From: Nemertoderma westbladi
Lineage: Eukaryota > Animalia > Xenacoelomorpha
Direction of reading: 5' to 3'
DNA: 44,825 bases
Assembly: GCA_032718475.1 (NCBI GenBank)
Contig: JAUCBJ010006891.1
Span: 1-44,825 of the forward strand
Below the pieces are notes generated by a model. It searched no databases. It was given only the letters and a program-made list of their open reading frames with translations, and was not told where the DNA came from. Each line of letters begins with the position of its first letter. The first letter of the stretch is position 1. This document shows positions 23,201 to 35,486 of the stretch, piece by piece. The translations under genes were made by a program, and so were the position numbers.

Positions 23201-25275
23201 TCTAAAGCGATACTTTGTTGTACTTCTTGCAACTCTAACCTACTCTCTCTTACTGTTCCCTTTAATAGCTGAACAGTCCCTTCCAACTCTCGGACCTGCT
23301 GGGAAGACCGTTTTTGGTTGTCTTCCAGCTGCCCGAGCAGCTGATTCATCCCCCGTCGTCCCTCGTCCACCCACTCAACCACAGAAGCGGGAGCCGCCAA
23401 CATGGTAGCCGGGTGACGCGTAGGGACGACGGGAGACAAGTCATTTATGTCTTGCTCGGCGTCCAGGACTGGATGTGATTCCAGGGCTTGTCTACTGGGC
23501 ACAGGTAGTTTAGTACTGTGCAAAGGGAATTTAGAGTTAGGTTCTGGAAGTACAGGGGTCTCTATCACCGGAGTGGCTTCAATGACAGGCCTAATTATTT
23601 CAGGCTCATCTACTATAGTAGGGAGTCTTTCTACTCTAATAATTTGGTCAGTGGGCTCTTGATTACTTAAATCTATATTAGCCAGTTGCCTTCTCACCGC
23701 AGGAGGTAAATTAGGTAACTTCTGACGGTGTGGCGCTCTTCTACGTCTGCTTGAACGAGATTTATTACCTCTACCTTAAGGATCTGTTGTATCACCCTCA
23801 TCAGAGGAGGTAAATCCCTGTCTTCTGGGAGTAGATCGACTCAGTAGTTGCATCTGAGTAGCCGCTCTTCGTTTATTTAAGTAATCTTGTTTCGCCTGAA
23901 GATTCTCCAGCTCTAGTTGGGTTGTCGCTTCAGATGCCTTCCGTTCTGCTTCTGCCACTGCCGCTTTTCTTTCAGCCTCTGTTGCTGCCGCCTTTCTTTC
24001 TAATTCTGCCGCTGCCGCTTTTCTTTCAGATTTGCCGCTGCCGCTGACCTTTCAAGCTTCCGCCGCCTTTCTTTCAGCTTCTGCCACTGCTGCCAACTTT
24101 CGGTTTTCCATTTGCCGTTTCTTTATTTGTTCTTCCTGTTCCATAGCGATGAGGATGCTTTCATCAAATTTAGCCTGCTCCGCGGCTAATATTTCCGCAT
24201 CTAACGAGTCCAACACAAATTTGGCTCCCTCACTATTAGGGTGAAGTCCAGCTAGCCGTCTCCTTAGCTCTTTGTCACCTATAAATCGTTGATAGTCCGA
24301 CAGATAGATGTCAATAGCATCCTTCTTCTGAGGTTTTTCGGATATAGCTTCGCCTTCCACCTGAGAAAAGGTAGCGTCTGTTGATTCTCCGTGGGTCATG
24401 CGCTCAGTTAGCTGAACTTTCCATTGTGTCGTTCCCTGTACCTTAACACTCATTCGTTGGAACCAAGTCTTTACAGCCACTTGCAACGACATGTCTTGGC
24501 TTCTCTTCGAGGCCTCCTCAAAGGCGGAAAGTATTAATCTGATTCGTAAGATTCGTTCTCGCACTTGATAAAGCAGCTCTCCCTGCTCTTGAGGTCCTTG
24601 ACGTTGTTGAAATAGGTGCTCTTCTAATCGCTCCAAAGAGCTGAAGAATCCCTGGACATATCCTGCTGCCGACCTCTTCCATACAGCTGGATCTCGAGTG
24701 TCCCTTACTATTCACATTCCGTATAAGTCCTCCCAGGCAGCTTCCGATAAGTTAAACGGGAGTCCGGGTCCGGGGAAGTTCCATTGCGTCTCTACAATAG
24801 ACCTCAGTTCCTCCATCGTGTATCCCGCATAACTGTCCCTAGTCGATCGCTTATTTCTTGTCCAATCGGCTTGATGTTCCTCCACAGCGATCAATACTCT
24901 AGTGAGTACGGCTTCAGGAAGAATTAGCAGTGGATCTGGGTACACCGCTTCTGCCATCCTTGCTCCGATCTCGGGCGTTAACTCTTCAGTGTCTGAACTA
25001 CTAGAGTTATTCTGCTGTTGAGAAATAAGTTCTCGGCTAGGGTGCTGTTTCTGTTTAACAGCTGTCTCTTGGTCTCGCTTAACTTGAGATCTAGTGCCTA
25101 TAATAGACCTATAATGCTTTACTAGCCTAGGGTCTGATACTACTACTGTAGGGATGACCTTTCTTACAGTAGGAGGGGACTTGGACTTTGGTCTGAGATG
25201 TTCAATACTTTTATCTGGGTCACAGATCGTTCTTTCTAGGAGACTATCTGACAGTGTTTGCTTTGTGTCAGCCAT
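20224..25275 (-). pseudogene. BEL gag-protease-RT(N-terminal) polyprotein with premature stops
   Basis: Nine consecutive ORF-track segments from 25275 to 20224 are all in one frame. They give a coiled-coil N-terminal extension, the gag core and zinc knuckles, the protease (DSGS) and the start of RT. Confidence 0.88.
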
Positions 25276-27121
25276 GATTTATTTTACAGTTAAATGCCTA
25301 CTACTATAACGACAGTTAAAGCAAGTCCAGAAGAATCAGTATCAACTGTCAGACTAGTAGTTAGTTACTGATACCGTTACTCAGTGTAACGTGATATTAA
25401 TATTAAAATACTGGTATACACTTATAGTATATATATAAGTATTATTTACAGACTAGGATCAGTCACAGAATACCGGTATATAATTTCAGCCTAAATTTAT
25501 ATAAATAAATATAATAAGCCTACCGTAAATGCCGGTAATGTCAATTATTTAACAATAACTGAATTTCTGAATTTTAGGGTTACTTCCCTTTACTTTATTA
25601 CTGATATTAAGCAGTAGTTCAACTGATATTAAGACCTAATTGATGTATAGCAGGCATACTACTTTATAAATCTGTTTGAGTTGATTTATAAATATATATA
25701 TACCCGTACAATGGGTATTGACAATATTTGAAATAAATGTTATTATTTCTGGATAAGGAGTCACTACACAGAAGCTGAACGCTCTCAGTGGAGTGCTACT
25801 TGTTAGACACTAATACAGATGATTATACTTTACTAAGTTACTTATCACTACAAATTACTTACAATTACAACAGGTTGAGATTACAATCTCTAAATAAACA
25901 ATAAATGAGTTACACGTATAATTTTTAGGGTAATTTTACAAGAAATCTACAAACCAGCCTAACAAGGAGTTAGAATTTCTGGTTCTTACAAACTGACAGG
26001 AAACTATGGTAGTTGAAACCAATAAAGTATTAGTAAGTAAGTTGCGTTGTCCAGATAAGGAAATACCACCGTCTGACGACTTATAGTCTTAGCTCTATAA
26101 GTACTACGTTATGTACCCGGAGTGTCCTTACCTAGAGGTTAATTACCGAAGCCAACCAGAGCTAACGTGCCTATTAACCACGTTACAACACAAATATACT
26201 GCCTACACACTAAATTACTTTCGAAAAGCACTGTACCCTAAACCCCAAATTAGGTACAAGTACTTATACAACAAATAACCAGCAGTTAAATATACGTGAA
26301 CAGCCAAAAGAACCACGGTATCTGCTGGAGTGACCGGAGCACAAAATCACCAGTCTTTACCTACGCCAAGCAGCCCTGATGTAGTACCGGGGTTATTTTA
26401 ACGGTATGTATAACAAGCACAATTACTGTAGGAATAAACTTGGGGAGTTATGTAGGTTGCGAATACTCGCATAGACTCTGAATAAAAAATATTACGCTAC
26501 CCGTGCAGACTATTCAAATAAAACACAGACCAAATGCTGGCAGACTACTGTCAAGCCTAAATAAACTACAGTATATGCAGACACCGAAATGGTTAGTTAG
26601 TAGGCGTTCTAACTAAGTAGTACTACTTATTCTTTCAGGGGGGGGGGGGGGATTTACCTTACAACACTGGATGCCCCCACCTTCCTAACTAGCACTTTAT
26701 CGGACAGACACTCTACACACACTGCAATCTCCTCAGACCTAACAACAGTTAGACAACAATCCGGCCTACAAATTATTTATACAATCTGAGCAGGATTACA
26801 CGCCTTCTGCTCAATAATACACTTACAGATAAATAAAACTGACAGAAATAAGTAAACCATACAAAGGAATAAGGGGTGATCAATCCCTAATCCCCTAACA
26901 GCCTACAATATACAATATTTCACAATCGAAATAATACTGGGTACCTGTAAGTACCGGTTCGGGTGGTTGGACAGTTAGGCCTACAGTTTACCATCCAACC
27001 GGTACATTCGACTTTATTGCCTACGTGCAATCAAGAATGAAATCTATTAATGTTCTTACCAGAACATTAGACAAAGTATATTTATTGCCTACTGTGCAAT
27101 CAAGAAACTGAAATCTATTAA

Positions 27122-28258
27122 TGTTCGCGCTTTTAGACCTTTAGCAGTTTAACCTGCCAATTTTAGTTGTCCTCTTGTTTATAAATCGACTTTAACCTAT
27201 ATCAATTACCTAGTATACTGAAATTACATCAGCCGAAGCCAGTCCGTGCGCGGCGTATGACCCACGGTGTGGGAGACTGGATTCGGATTCCTTGAGAGTG
27301 ATTGCGGTGTAGACCTACTGTATTATTCGATTGATCGCTACTATATGATCTCTGACAAATATATTTACTTTCGGGGAAATATTAACAGTTCCTTTAGGAC
27401 GTGGCGCTTTAAGTATAAAAACAGAGTTATGACTTATACTAATCACAACTAGATGGCCACAGAGTTTCGTAAATAGCGAATTCTTTAGGAGATGATTTAT
27501 TAACCTTCACACTACTTCACACGACTTCACACTACTTCACACTAATCTGCCGACCGTCACTGAATTTGATCATATATAAGCAGGATCGCAACTGACACAC
27601 GTAGGGATTATGAAATAGCATTTAATTCACACAAAAACCACTATAATTTAAGTCGCAGTTGCTACCGGTAAACCTGTTCCTCTTACCTCAGTAATCAAGA
27701 AGATTGAGGGGTTTATGATTATTTATCAATATTCTCCAAATATAACAGCAATATCCATTAATATAACAACAATTAATAACAGAAGCATAATAATGCGGTG
27801 AACAGTCAGTATGTGTTAAAATACCGTAATGTTCAGTGATTAAGTGATGAAATGAGTTAAGGCAATGTGCAGTGATGCAATCAGTAATGAGCCAGGTTAA
27901 TAGATTTACGTTCTTATAATCAAGGCCATCTGATGTTTCCTAGGCCAAACTCTGAAACTTCTACACAGAAGCACAGAAAATTCTGAGTTATTTCTGAGGC
28001 TCAGAAAAATGGTAAACAAAGACCGTAATGCATTGCGCGAGTTTCCATAGGCCTCTGTTAGACATAAAGGGAAAATCGCTCTGATTGGCCGAATAAGGCA
28101 GAACAAAGAACCTCCACGTCCACAAAGAATCAGCTGACAGATTTCGTCATCTGGGCTCCAATTCCTTCCCGTCGCGTAGTTGGATAAATTTAGGGCTATT
28201 TTAGAGTATTCTGCGCATTGCGTGAAAATGACTTGTTATGTCCGCAAAAGCTTTTACA
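27122..28258 (-). repeat. 5' LTR of the BEL element
   Basis: Starts TGTAAAAG and ends GCGAACA on the minus strand; duplicate of 17176-18312. Confidence 0.92.
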
Positions 28259-28263
28259 CCCCC

Positions 28264-28436
28264 TTTTCATAGGTGAGACCCGAGGGTAGCGGTGGGCTAA
28301 GTTTTGCTCCCAGTTATTAAACTTGTCCCCATGTTATCGACCATATAAGGAATGATACGGTAAGTGGACCCTGGCGGGGCTCGAACCTACAACCATTGTA
28401 CTGTAGGTACTCAACCAACTGAGCTAATACCGCCTC
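28264..28436 (-). mobile_element. tRNA-derived SINE
   Basis: The minus strand reads GGCGGTATTAGCTCAGTTGGTTGAG (A box)...GGTTCGAGCCCCGCC (B box). The anticodon arm is degenerate and a non-tRNA body follows. Confidence 0.6.
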
Positions 28437-28491
28437 CTTAATAAATCATAGAGAATACAAAACAGATATCGGTATCATTGAGCAATTCTTC

Positions 28492-29222
28492 GGATAGTTA
28501 TAATATACGAAATAATTAACGAAAATATCGAAATTATAAAACTTTAAATAAAATCTCACTTTCCAGTAAGATCGATATTTATTAGAAGTCACACTTTACA
28601 TTTTTTAATTAATAAAATCCGATAATTTCGCCCCATTTTCACCCTTAAAAGTAATTTAATACCAAATACTGTGTGCTGGTTGGTTGTTGGGTGTTGACCA
28701 ATAATGGCGGCTTGGATGAATCAATTCAGCATTAGCTGATCAGTGTTCTGTGAATTACAAGCTGTACAGCCTGAAGGAACCGGTCCGGTCAGCCGGTACC
28801 CCAACCCAACACTGCCTACCCATTACGGCATACGGTACCTCCGGGTTACATGTTTACACTGTACAGTGACTGCCAGGCAAGTGGCGCATGTGAACAGGCT
28901 GACTGGTGATCGTAACTACACAGAACTGCAGTGCAGCAGACACTTTGACTGTGCTGTCCTAATTTGAGCGCCATCTTGTGGTATTTTGCCATCATTGGAT
29001 TACCCCTAATACCAATCAACAGAGACAGTATTTGGTATTAAATTACTTTTAGGGTCGAAAATGGGGCGAAATTATCTGATTTTATTAATAAAAAAATGTA
29101 AAGTATGTCTTCGAATAATACCGATCTCACTGGAAAGCGATATTATATTTAAAGTTTTATAATTTCGATATTTTCGTTAATTATTTCGTCTTATTCGTTA
29201 TTTTCGGGTTTTATAACTATCC
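28492..29222. mobile_element. Mutator-like MITE with long TIRs and a 9-bp TSD
   Basis: GGATAGTTATAA...TTATAACTATCC with ~200-bp imperfect TIRs and a perfect TSD CAATTCTTC (28483-28491 / 29223-29231). Confidence 0.85.
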
Positions 29223-29247
29223 CAATTCTTCTTAATCGCGTACGCAC

Positions 29248-29384
29248 CTGTTTTTATCTATAACTTCGAACACAGATAAATTATACAAGACGTTGTTGGG
29301 ACCCATACAAACGATAAATACGATAACCATAATAATACTGGTACGTAATACACTCCGTTGCATACGTAACCGTCTTCTACCAAC
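29248..29384 (-). CDS. Orphan class-A GPCR, exon 3 (ICL3-TM6); missed by the ORF track
   Basis: Encodes VGRRRLRMQRSVLRTSIIMVIVFIVCMGPNNVLYNLSVFEVIDKN, with FxxCxxP. Acceptor tttttag|, donor AACAG|gtgcgt, phase 0/2. Confidence 0.85.
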
Positions 29385-29946
29385 CTAAAAAAATATAGTT
29401 ACAGTGAAGTTCAATACTACTGTATCATTAAAAATAAATAAACGAACAAAGAAAGTACAATTTTTTAGTCCGACTTTATAATCCGCATTTTCGAGGAAAA
29501 GTAAAATCAATTTTTTTGAGGCCGAATGCAGAGCAAAAAATGCTTGGTTAATAAAATAAATTTTTGTAAAAGAAATAATTTAATTACCCACATTTTTGGA
29601 AGATTTACTGGATAGGCCTTATTTACCTTATTGTGCGCACACGACAATAAAGGGGATATTTTGTTAAAAATAAAGAAAAAGTTACAAAGAAAACATAATA
29701 ATTGTTCAAAATTGTTGCTGAGAATTCCTACAGCTACAGTACCAAATAGGCAAAACAAGGCCAAATATCGTAGGAATTACTTATTCAGTTGTATGTATGT
29801 ATGTACTGTATGTATGCGCCTATTTTCCCGCTTTTGAAAACCAATAAATGTAATAATAATTACATAGGGTATGCACCTATTGTAATAAATTATAATATTA
29901 TATTATAATATTATATTATTAGTAATAATGTAATAATATATAATCA

Positions 29947-30321
29947 AAATTTCCACCACCCAGTCAGAAGGTTTCGTGTGAGTAAAAACACGTTCGTGGG
30001 GCGTCGTGCAGCACGCGAACTTGAGCAAGTTCGAAACAGGTTCGATTTAATCTGGAGTCAAAAGTTCGAGAGGTATTTGCCCGTAACTTTAAAAAAATAT
30101 TGGAACTTTTTCTCTAGTAGGCCAATACAAAAAAATGTGGTTGAAAATGGTTAAAATCTTCAAAAGTTATTTTCGAATGAATTTTTCATTACAGACGGAC
30201 AGAGAAACAGTCGGACAGACAGACAGACGGACATGAAATTTTGCTCTATTTATTAATTATAATTGTCCGCTGCTCGCCCTGACTGCCTGGCTCGCCTCAC
30301 AAACACGGGATGGTGGAAATT
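29947..30321. mobile_element. Small non-autonomous element, Helentron/HINE-like
   Basis: Inverted ends aatttccaccaccc / gggatggtggaaatt and an internal (ACAG)n microsatellite (30191-30232). Confidence 0.4.
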
Positions 30322-30530
30322 CCTACCTATTCGTTTTGTATATGAAGACAATATCAGGTTTAGGAGTTAGGACTATAAATACGGCAAGAACTAAATGATG
30401 CCAGTTGGGGATCACTCGCAAAATTACTGTAGGCCTACATGCAAGGTATAATATAATATATGTCGGTCTATAATTAATATCTAAATTCTGGAATTAAATA
30501 ATTTTATAATAAAATGCTAATTACTCCTAC

Positions 30531-30696
30531 CCCTGATTTGCGGTTTGCGATTTTCACAAATATCAACACATAAGCGAAGGTCATAAATATGATTGGCATG
30601 ATGAACTGAACGCCTATCGACGTAACTGTTACCGCTATCCTACCGTCCGTGTCGAGGTCTAGTCTACCTCGACCATCTTCAAATTCCGGATCACAC
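30531..30696 (-). CDS. Orphan class-A GPCR, exon 2 (ECL2-TM5); missed by the ORF track
   Basis: Encodes (R)CDPEFEDGRGRLDLDTDGRIAVTVTSIGVQFIMPIIFMTFAYVLIFVKIANRKSG, with the TM5 FxxP..Y pattern. Acceptor ccttttag|, donor GGG|gtagga, phase 2/0. Confidence 0.85.
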
Positions 30697-31228
30697 CTAA
30701 AAGGTAAAAGTCGAAGAATCTTTGTTTGTTTACAGCACTCATATTTCTCAATAATTCTCCAGGAGGCAGTTACTTATAGCTAGCTATATGCTGGTGGTGT
30801 GTAGCGAGGGAAAAATACTCTTAATTTCAATTACATTATATAATATTTAAATTAAATAAATTCGTACATATTATTATAAATTACTGTACCAATTAATTAA
30901 GGAAAAGGGACAGAAAATCACGGCAGGTTTTTCTAAACAAAACCGGAAATGAAAATCAGGAGCAGAGTTTACATTTGACTATTTTATATGTTCTGAAACG
31001 ACGAAAAATTCATCGGATTCAATTTAATTATTGATTTAATATTTTGTCAGTTGTCATGGTATTCTTGCACTGCGCTCTACTTCTTTGAAATATAAATTTC
31101 AATCACAATAAATTGAGTTTTCTCTCATCAGATGCGATCAGTTCTTTCTCTCTGTTGATTTAAAAATTGGATAGAAGGCAGAAATTGAAAACAAAAAAAT
31201 AAGCGATGACACATCATAAAATCTATAC

Positions 31229-31725
31229 CTGTAAAAGATAGGCAGAAATATCTCCAATAGCAGGCCGCCGCACCAACACGCTATGGTGGAAGCCCAGGCC
31301 GTCCTGATGTTAACGAAATAGTCGTAGTAGTGAGTGAAAACAATGCAGACAAAGCGATCAGCAACGACGACAACCAGATGGAAGGTACTGGCGACCATGG
31401 CCGACCACATCAAATACTCCGACCCAAAAAAGTGACACAGGAAACCGTTTAGGGTAAACACGGGGTATAATTTATTCCACGGTCCGTAATACACGAGTAT
31501 CAACGAGGCAGCGACTGAATCGGATACTGAAAGCGCGGCGAGGAAAAAGTTTGATATATGACGTAACTTCCGGTACCTCCATATTAGGAATAAAAAGGTA
31601 CCGTTGCCTAGAAGGGCGATGAGGCTAACAAGTGTGTTGGCCACTATTATGAATACATCTTCTGGCCCTTCAGTGACGCAACCACACTGAAGCCCAGGAC
31701 TTTGAATTGCACTTCGATTGCACAT
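31229..31725 (-). CDS. Orphan class-A GPCR, exon 1 (N-terminus, TM1-TM4)
   Basis: GN in TM1, N.FLAALSVSD in TM2, DRF in TM3 and W in TM4. ATG at 31725 (the start is not certain); donor TACAG|gtatag in phase 2. The spliced CDS is 1,161 nt. Confidence 0.88.
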
Positions 31726-32599
31726 GTTTGTAAGTTTAAATTTACGCGACAAAAATAAAGTTTTAGTAAATACATTTAGTATATATACAATATAGTAACT
31801 GCAGTGGCATCAATCAAATTATTGTTTGTTGAATTGAAACAATTATAATTAGGTTTATTATGTACCAATATTACAGTAAGACCAATATTCACCCGATAAA
31901 TACATTATATACAATTAGTATAGCTCTTTATGAAACAGTCACCTTTGCTAAGACTGCTGATTATTGTTGTGGTTAGTTAATAATCTGGCGAATATTAGAC
32001 GAGAGTGAAGTTTTCTCGAGGGCGAATAATGTTCTTCCTATATTTCTGAATTATCCTATATATTGTTCATCGTCGTTTTGTTACGTATTATTAAAGGGTA
32101 GCCCTGTTTACTTTGCTGAAATATACTGAAAATGAATGAAAAATTAAAATAATGCGGATCATATGTACTGTCTGTAAATTCACTGACTGATAAATAAATG
32201 TATATACATTGTTAAATTTTGATTTGTATCAAATCTTGTAGGAAAATTACGCAGATCAATGATATATTTATATAATTACATAAAATAATACGGTGAAACT
32301 TATTTAATGATGTGATCTAATATTGGTTTAACAAAGAATAAACGATCTGCAGGAAATAATATATTAGATGTGTGATAGAACTGTAATCTACACAATTCCT
32401 GACTAGCAAATAGAGGCCTAGAAATAATAGATCCCCGATGTATGAAATAACATTCAAGATTAACATTGAGACGAGTAATTCGCCGAGATGGGATTTTGAG
32501 TAAACTTAACAAATGAGGCGTTGGTTGCACTGTACAATCTCGGAAGTAAAGTCTCAATAACAAATTATATTCCCATCTCCCCGCCAAGCCCAAACTGCT

Positions 32600-32715
32600 A
32601 CCCATTAGTAGATATTTTTCGCTTGGCCCAGCTGGACGTCCAGTTGGGATCGAACTGATGATCTCCAGGTCGGAAGTCTGGCGCTCTAACCATTCCGATT
32701 GCGTCTCCGCGGTTC
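32600..32715 (-). mobile_element. tRNA-derived SINE / tRNA pseudogene
   Basis: The minus strand has TGGTTAGAGCGCCAGACTTCCGACCTGG (anticodon-arm-like) and GTTCGATCCC (B box). The acceptor stem is not intact. Confidence 0.5.
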
Positions 32716-32796
32716 AGTAGACCTGGAAATACTACTAGATATCCTGTCTTTACGTTTTCTTGTTTGTTTGCAATTGACGTCCTCACGGGCCATCAA

Positions 32797-33579
32797 TAGG
32801 GTTGTTGCGCGAAAAAATTGTTGGGCTAGAAACAATCGAATAAGGGGTAACAAGGTGCCCTGAATCGAGTGGCGGTGTGTCTTTTTGTAAAAACACATGG
32901 AAAGGGTCGAATTGGCGGGTTTAAAAGCCCGGGAAGCCAATTTTGAAAAACTGCTGTGATTGGCTGCTACATATTTGACGTCACTACGCAGTGCTCAGAT
33001 AATTTCTTATATTGTTTACTATGGAAGGTGATTTTAGATCCATTCACATACACATTTAATCTCAATCATTTCAAACGTGGCTTATATCCATGCGGAGAGT
33101 CTTGCGCGTCTTTTGACACAATAATTAATTAAATTCATGCTGAGCAACATTGATAAAATGCTGTTTGGAATTTTGTAGCCTTGGTAGTTGGTAGATTACC
33201 TTGTGTTCCTGATACCTAAACTATATATGTATAACCGGCAGGCCGGTATGATTTATGTTTGATGTATTCAACCCTATCTCATATCCACCTGTCAGCCTAT
33301 TGAAACACAATAGTTTTTTTAATAGATCGTAAATCACCATCCATTGAAAACTATGCGAACCATACGAAATTATCGGTGCACTTTGTAGTGACGTCAAATC
33401 TGTAGCCTCAGCCAATCACAGCCGATTTTCAAAATTGGCTTCCCGCGCTTACTTAAACCCGCAATTTAGACAGTTTCCTAGTGTTTTTACAAAAAACACA
33501 CCCCGTCACTCGATTCAGGGCACCTGTTACCCCTTATTCAATTGTTTCTAGCCCAACTATATTTTCGCCACCAACCATA
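32797..33579. mobile_element. MITE with ~200-bp imperfect TIRs upstream of the GPCR
   Basis: 32797-32987 is the reverse complement of 33385-33579 (gttgggctagaaacaat..aataaggggtaaca..gtgccctgaatcgag..gattggctg..tgacgtcactac). Confidence 0.8.
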
Positions 33580-35486
33580 ATCGAAAGATAATTTAATTTT
33601 GGGCTTTATGAGGTAAACAATTATGGTAGCAAACTGCCATACATTTTTTATGAGTACTGTAATTCTTTCAGAGCTGCTAACTTATGGAGCAACTTTGTAT
33701 TTAATTATTAATTAATTAATTATGTCCCTTTAGGGGTCATGAAGGGTTGAGTGTTACACATACCGTAGTGATAGTAATTAGTATAGGTAGAGATCATGTC
33801 TGTATAACTTGTCCCAGACATGTAGTGTCGTTGTCATACTGGGTGGTGGTGCCAAATTCATTGCAAGGGCCAATAATTATGTGACTAACGGTACACCCCA
33901 TCTTGGCTATATAGTTCAGCTCTCAATTAATCAGGGCCCATTCAAACTTTAAGCTCATTCGTTACTTACCGCTCTTAACAATAAATTAATATCAAGTTTT
34001 TAAACTTATTGAACAATTAAATCCCGACCGTATTTCAACTTAGAATTTAATAATTATTTCTAAAAGGTAATATTTTGAATGTATTTGTTCGGATATTCTG
34101 CGATATATTTATTTTCTGAGTCTGTCGATTTTCCAGGCTTGTTGCAGATTAACCTGGGTATGATTTAAATAAGGCGTGTTGTGTTGCCAGTGCATGCATG
34201 CATCACGAAAGCTACATGTAAAAATGTTTCATTTTTGGTGGTGAGTGTGTGTGGGATAGGATGAAAATGTTTTGTTGCACTAACGGTCAATTTTGATAAT
34301 ACCGGTTTGTGTATTTGGCAAGGAAAAGTGCAAATAGTGTGCAATTCATTTAATTACAACCTTTCTTGAAACATTATATAATCACAATTTAGTGAATTTG
34401 GTTTTGGTTGGGATATTTGGTGTCTTGACTATTTTGATGTGATAATTATGATTATAAGGTCTAAATTATTAACGAGTCACTGTAAAACCTAAAATCACCC
34501 TTCCGAAGGTTTATGGACACTGCCACTACAGGAGTGATATGCCTATATGAAAGCTCGTCCTATTGTAACATCAAAATTTGGTGAGAAAAACTGGATTTTT
34601 TAAATAAAATGATTTTCTTTTAAAAATTTACTTTTCTATCCGCAAAAATGCGGATATAAGACTTTTTTGTCCGCATCTGCGGGCAAAAAAGTAATTATGC
34701 AATCAAAATTCCAAAAATGCTGTTTTACATTATTTATCCAATCAACGATCTAGAATATTTTTCTGTTGATTTCGCATTATTAATTCTAGAACAGTAATTA
34801 CGATGGTAATTATTAATAAATTTAGCATTAAAATGTTTAGTTGTAGGATCTTCTGAACAAGTGCTAGTTTAATCAAATTGTTGATTAGATTATTTGATTA
34901 ACGTTCTGGAATATCACCTTCACTAACACAGTATAGCTAATTAATAGTAGCTAGTATTATTTAATTACGTAATGGCGCAGAATTTATATCAAATTTGCGA
35001 TAACTTTGTTAAAATTTATATATCAATAGGTAATATTTTAAAGAAAGATTAAATGGTAGCTACTGGTGCTCAATGTACCTTCATGTTCCAATATTCGTAT
35101 TTAATATAATAATATTCATAATTAATTTTAGTATATTCTAAATGTGGGTTGATTTTGGGCAAAAAGTCGTTTTAGTCCGCATTATTTTTTTTATTAGTAT
35201 TAGTCCGAGTTTTAGTTACGGCTAAAAATGTGCACACTCTACCATTCCTCGAAAATGCGGATAAAAAAGTCGGACAAAAAAATACTACCGGTATTTTCTT
35301 TTTGTAAAATAAATAGTTAAATTTTGTATTAATAATTGTTATGTAGAACGTACCGGTACCTACAATTCGCTGCACCACAACGCAGTCCCATTCACCCAGT
35401 AATGTTTAGAAATATACGGCCAGAACATGAAATACATATGATAATACTGTACAGTAGAAATGAAATTGGAGTTCCTGACATAAAAA

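Larger units (their letters stand above)
17176..28258 (-). mobile_element. BEL/Pao LTR retrotransposon (11,083 bp) with both LTRs, non-autonomous (pol deleted), in GPCR intron 3
   Basis: Two 1,137-bp TG..CA LTRs (17176-18312 and 27122-28258) and a 5-bp TSD CCCCC (17171-17175 / 28259-28263). BEL gag with CX2CX3HX4C, CX2CX4HX4C and HH.LLH; protease LLDSGS; RT start YYLTHH..VVFDGS..SLN..GPNL..DIEGMFLQV. Confidence 0.93.

Noticed and set aside
19264-25275. Alternative genetic code or readthrough explaining the BEL stops
   Set aside because: All three stop codons are involved, and neighbouring genes use the standard code.
17321-28106. Duplicated small ORFs (17321/27267 and 17960/27906)
   Set aside because: They are chance ORFs inside the two LTR copies.
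16540-31725. GPCR as an opsin or aminergic receptor
   Set aside because: Position 7.43 is Met (the TM7 Lys maps to ~7.36) and position 3.32 is Met rather than Asp.
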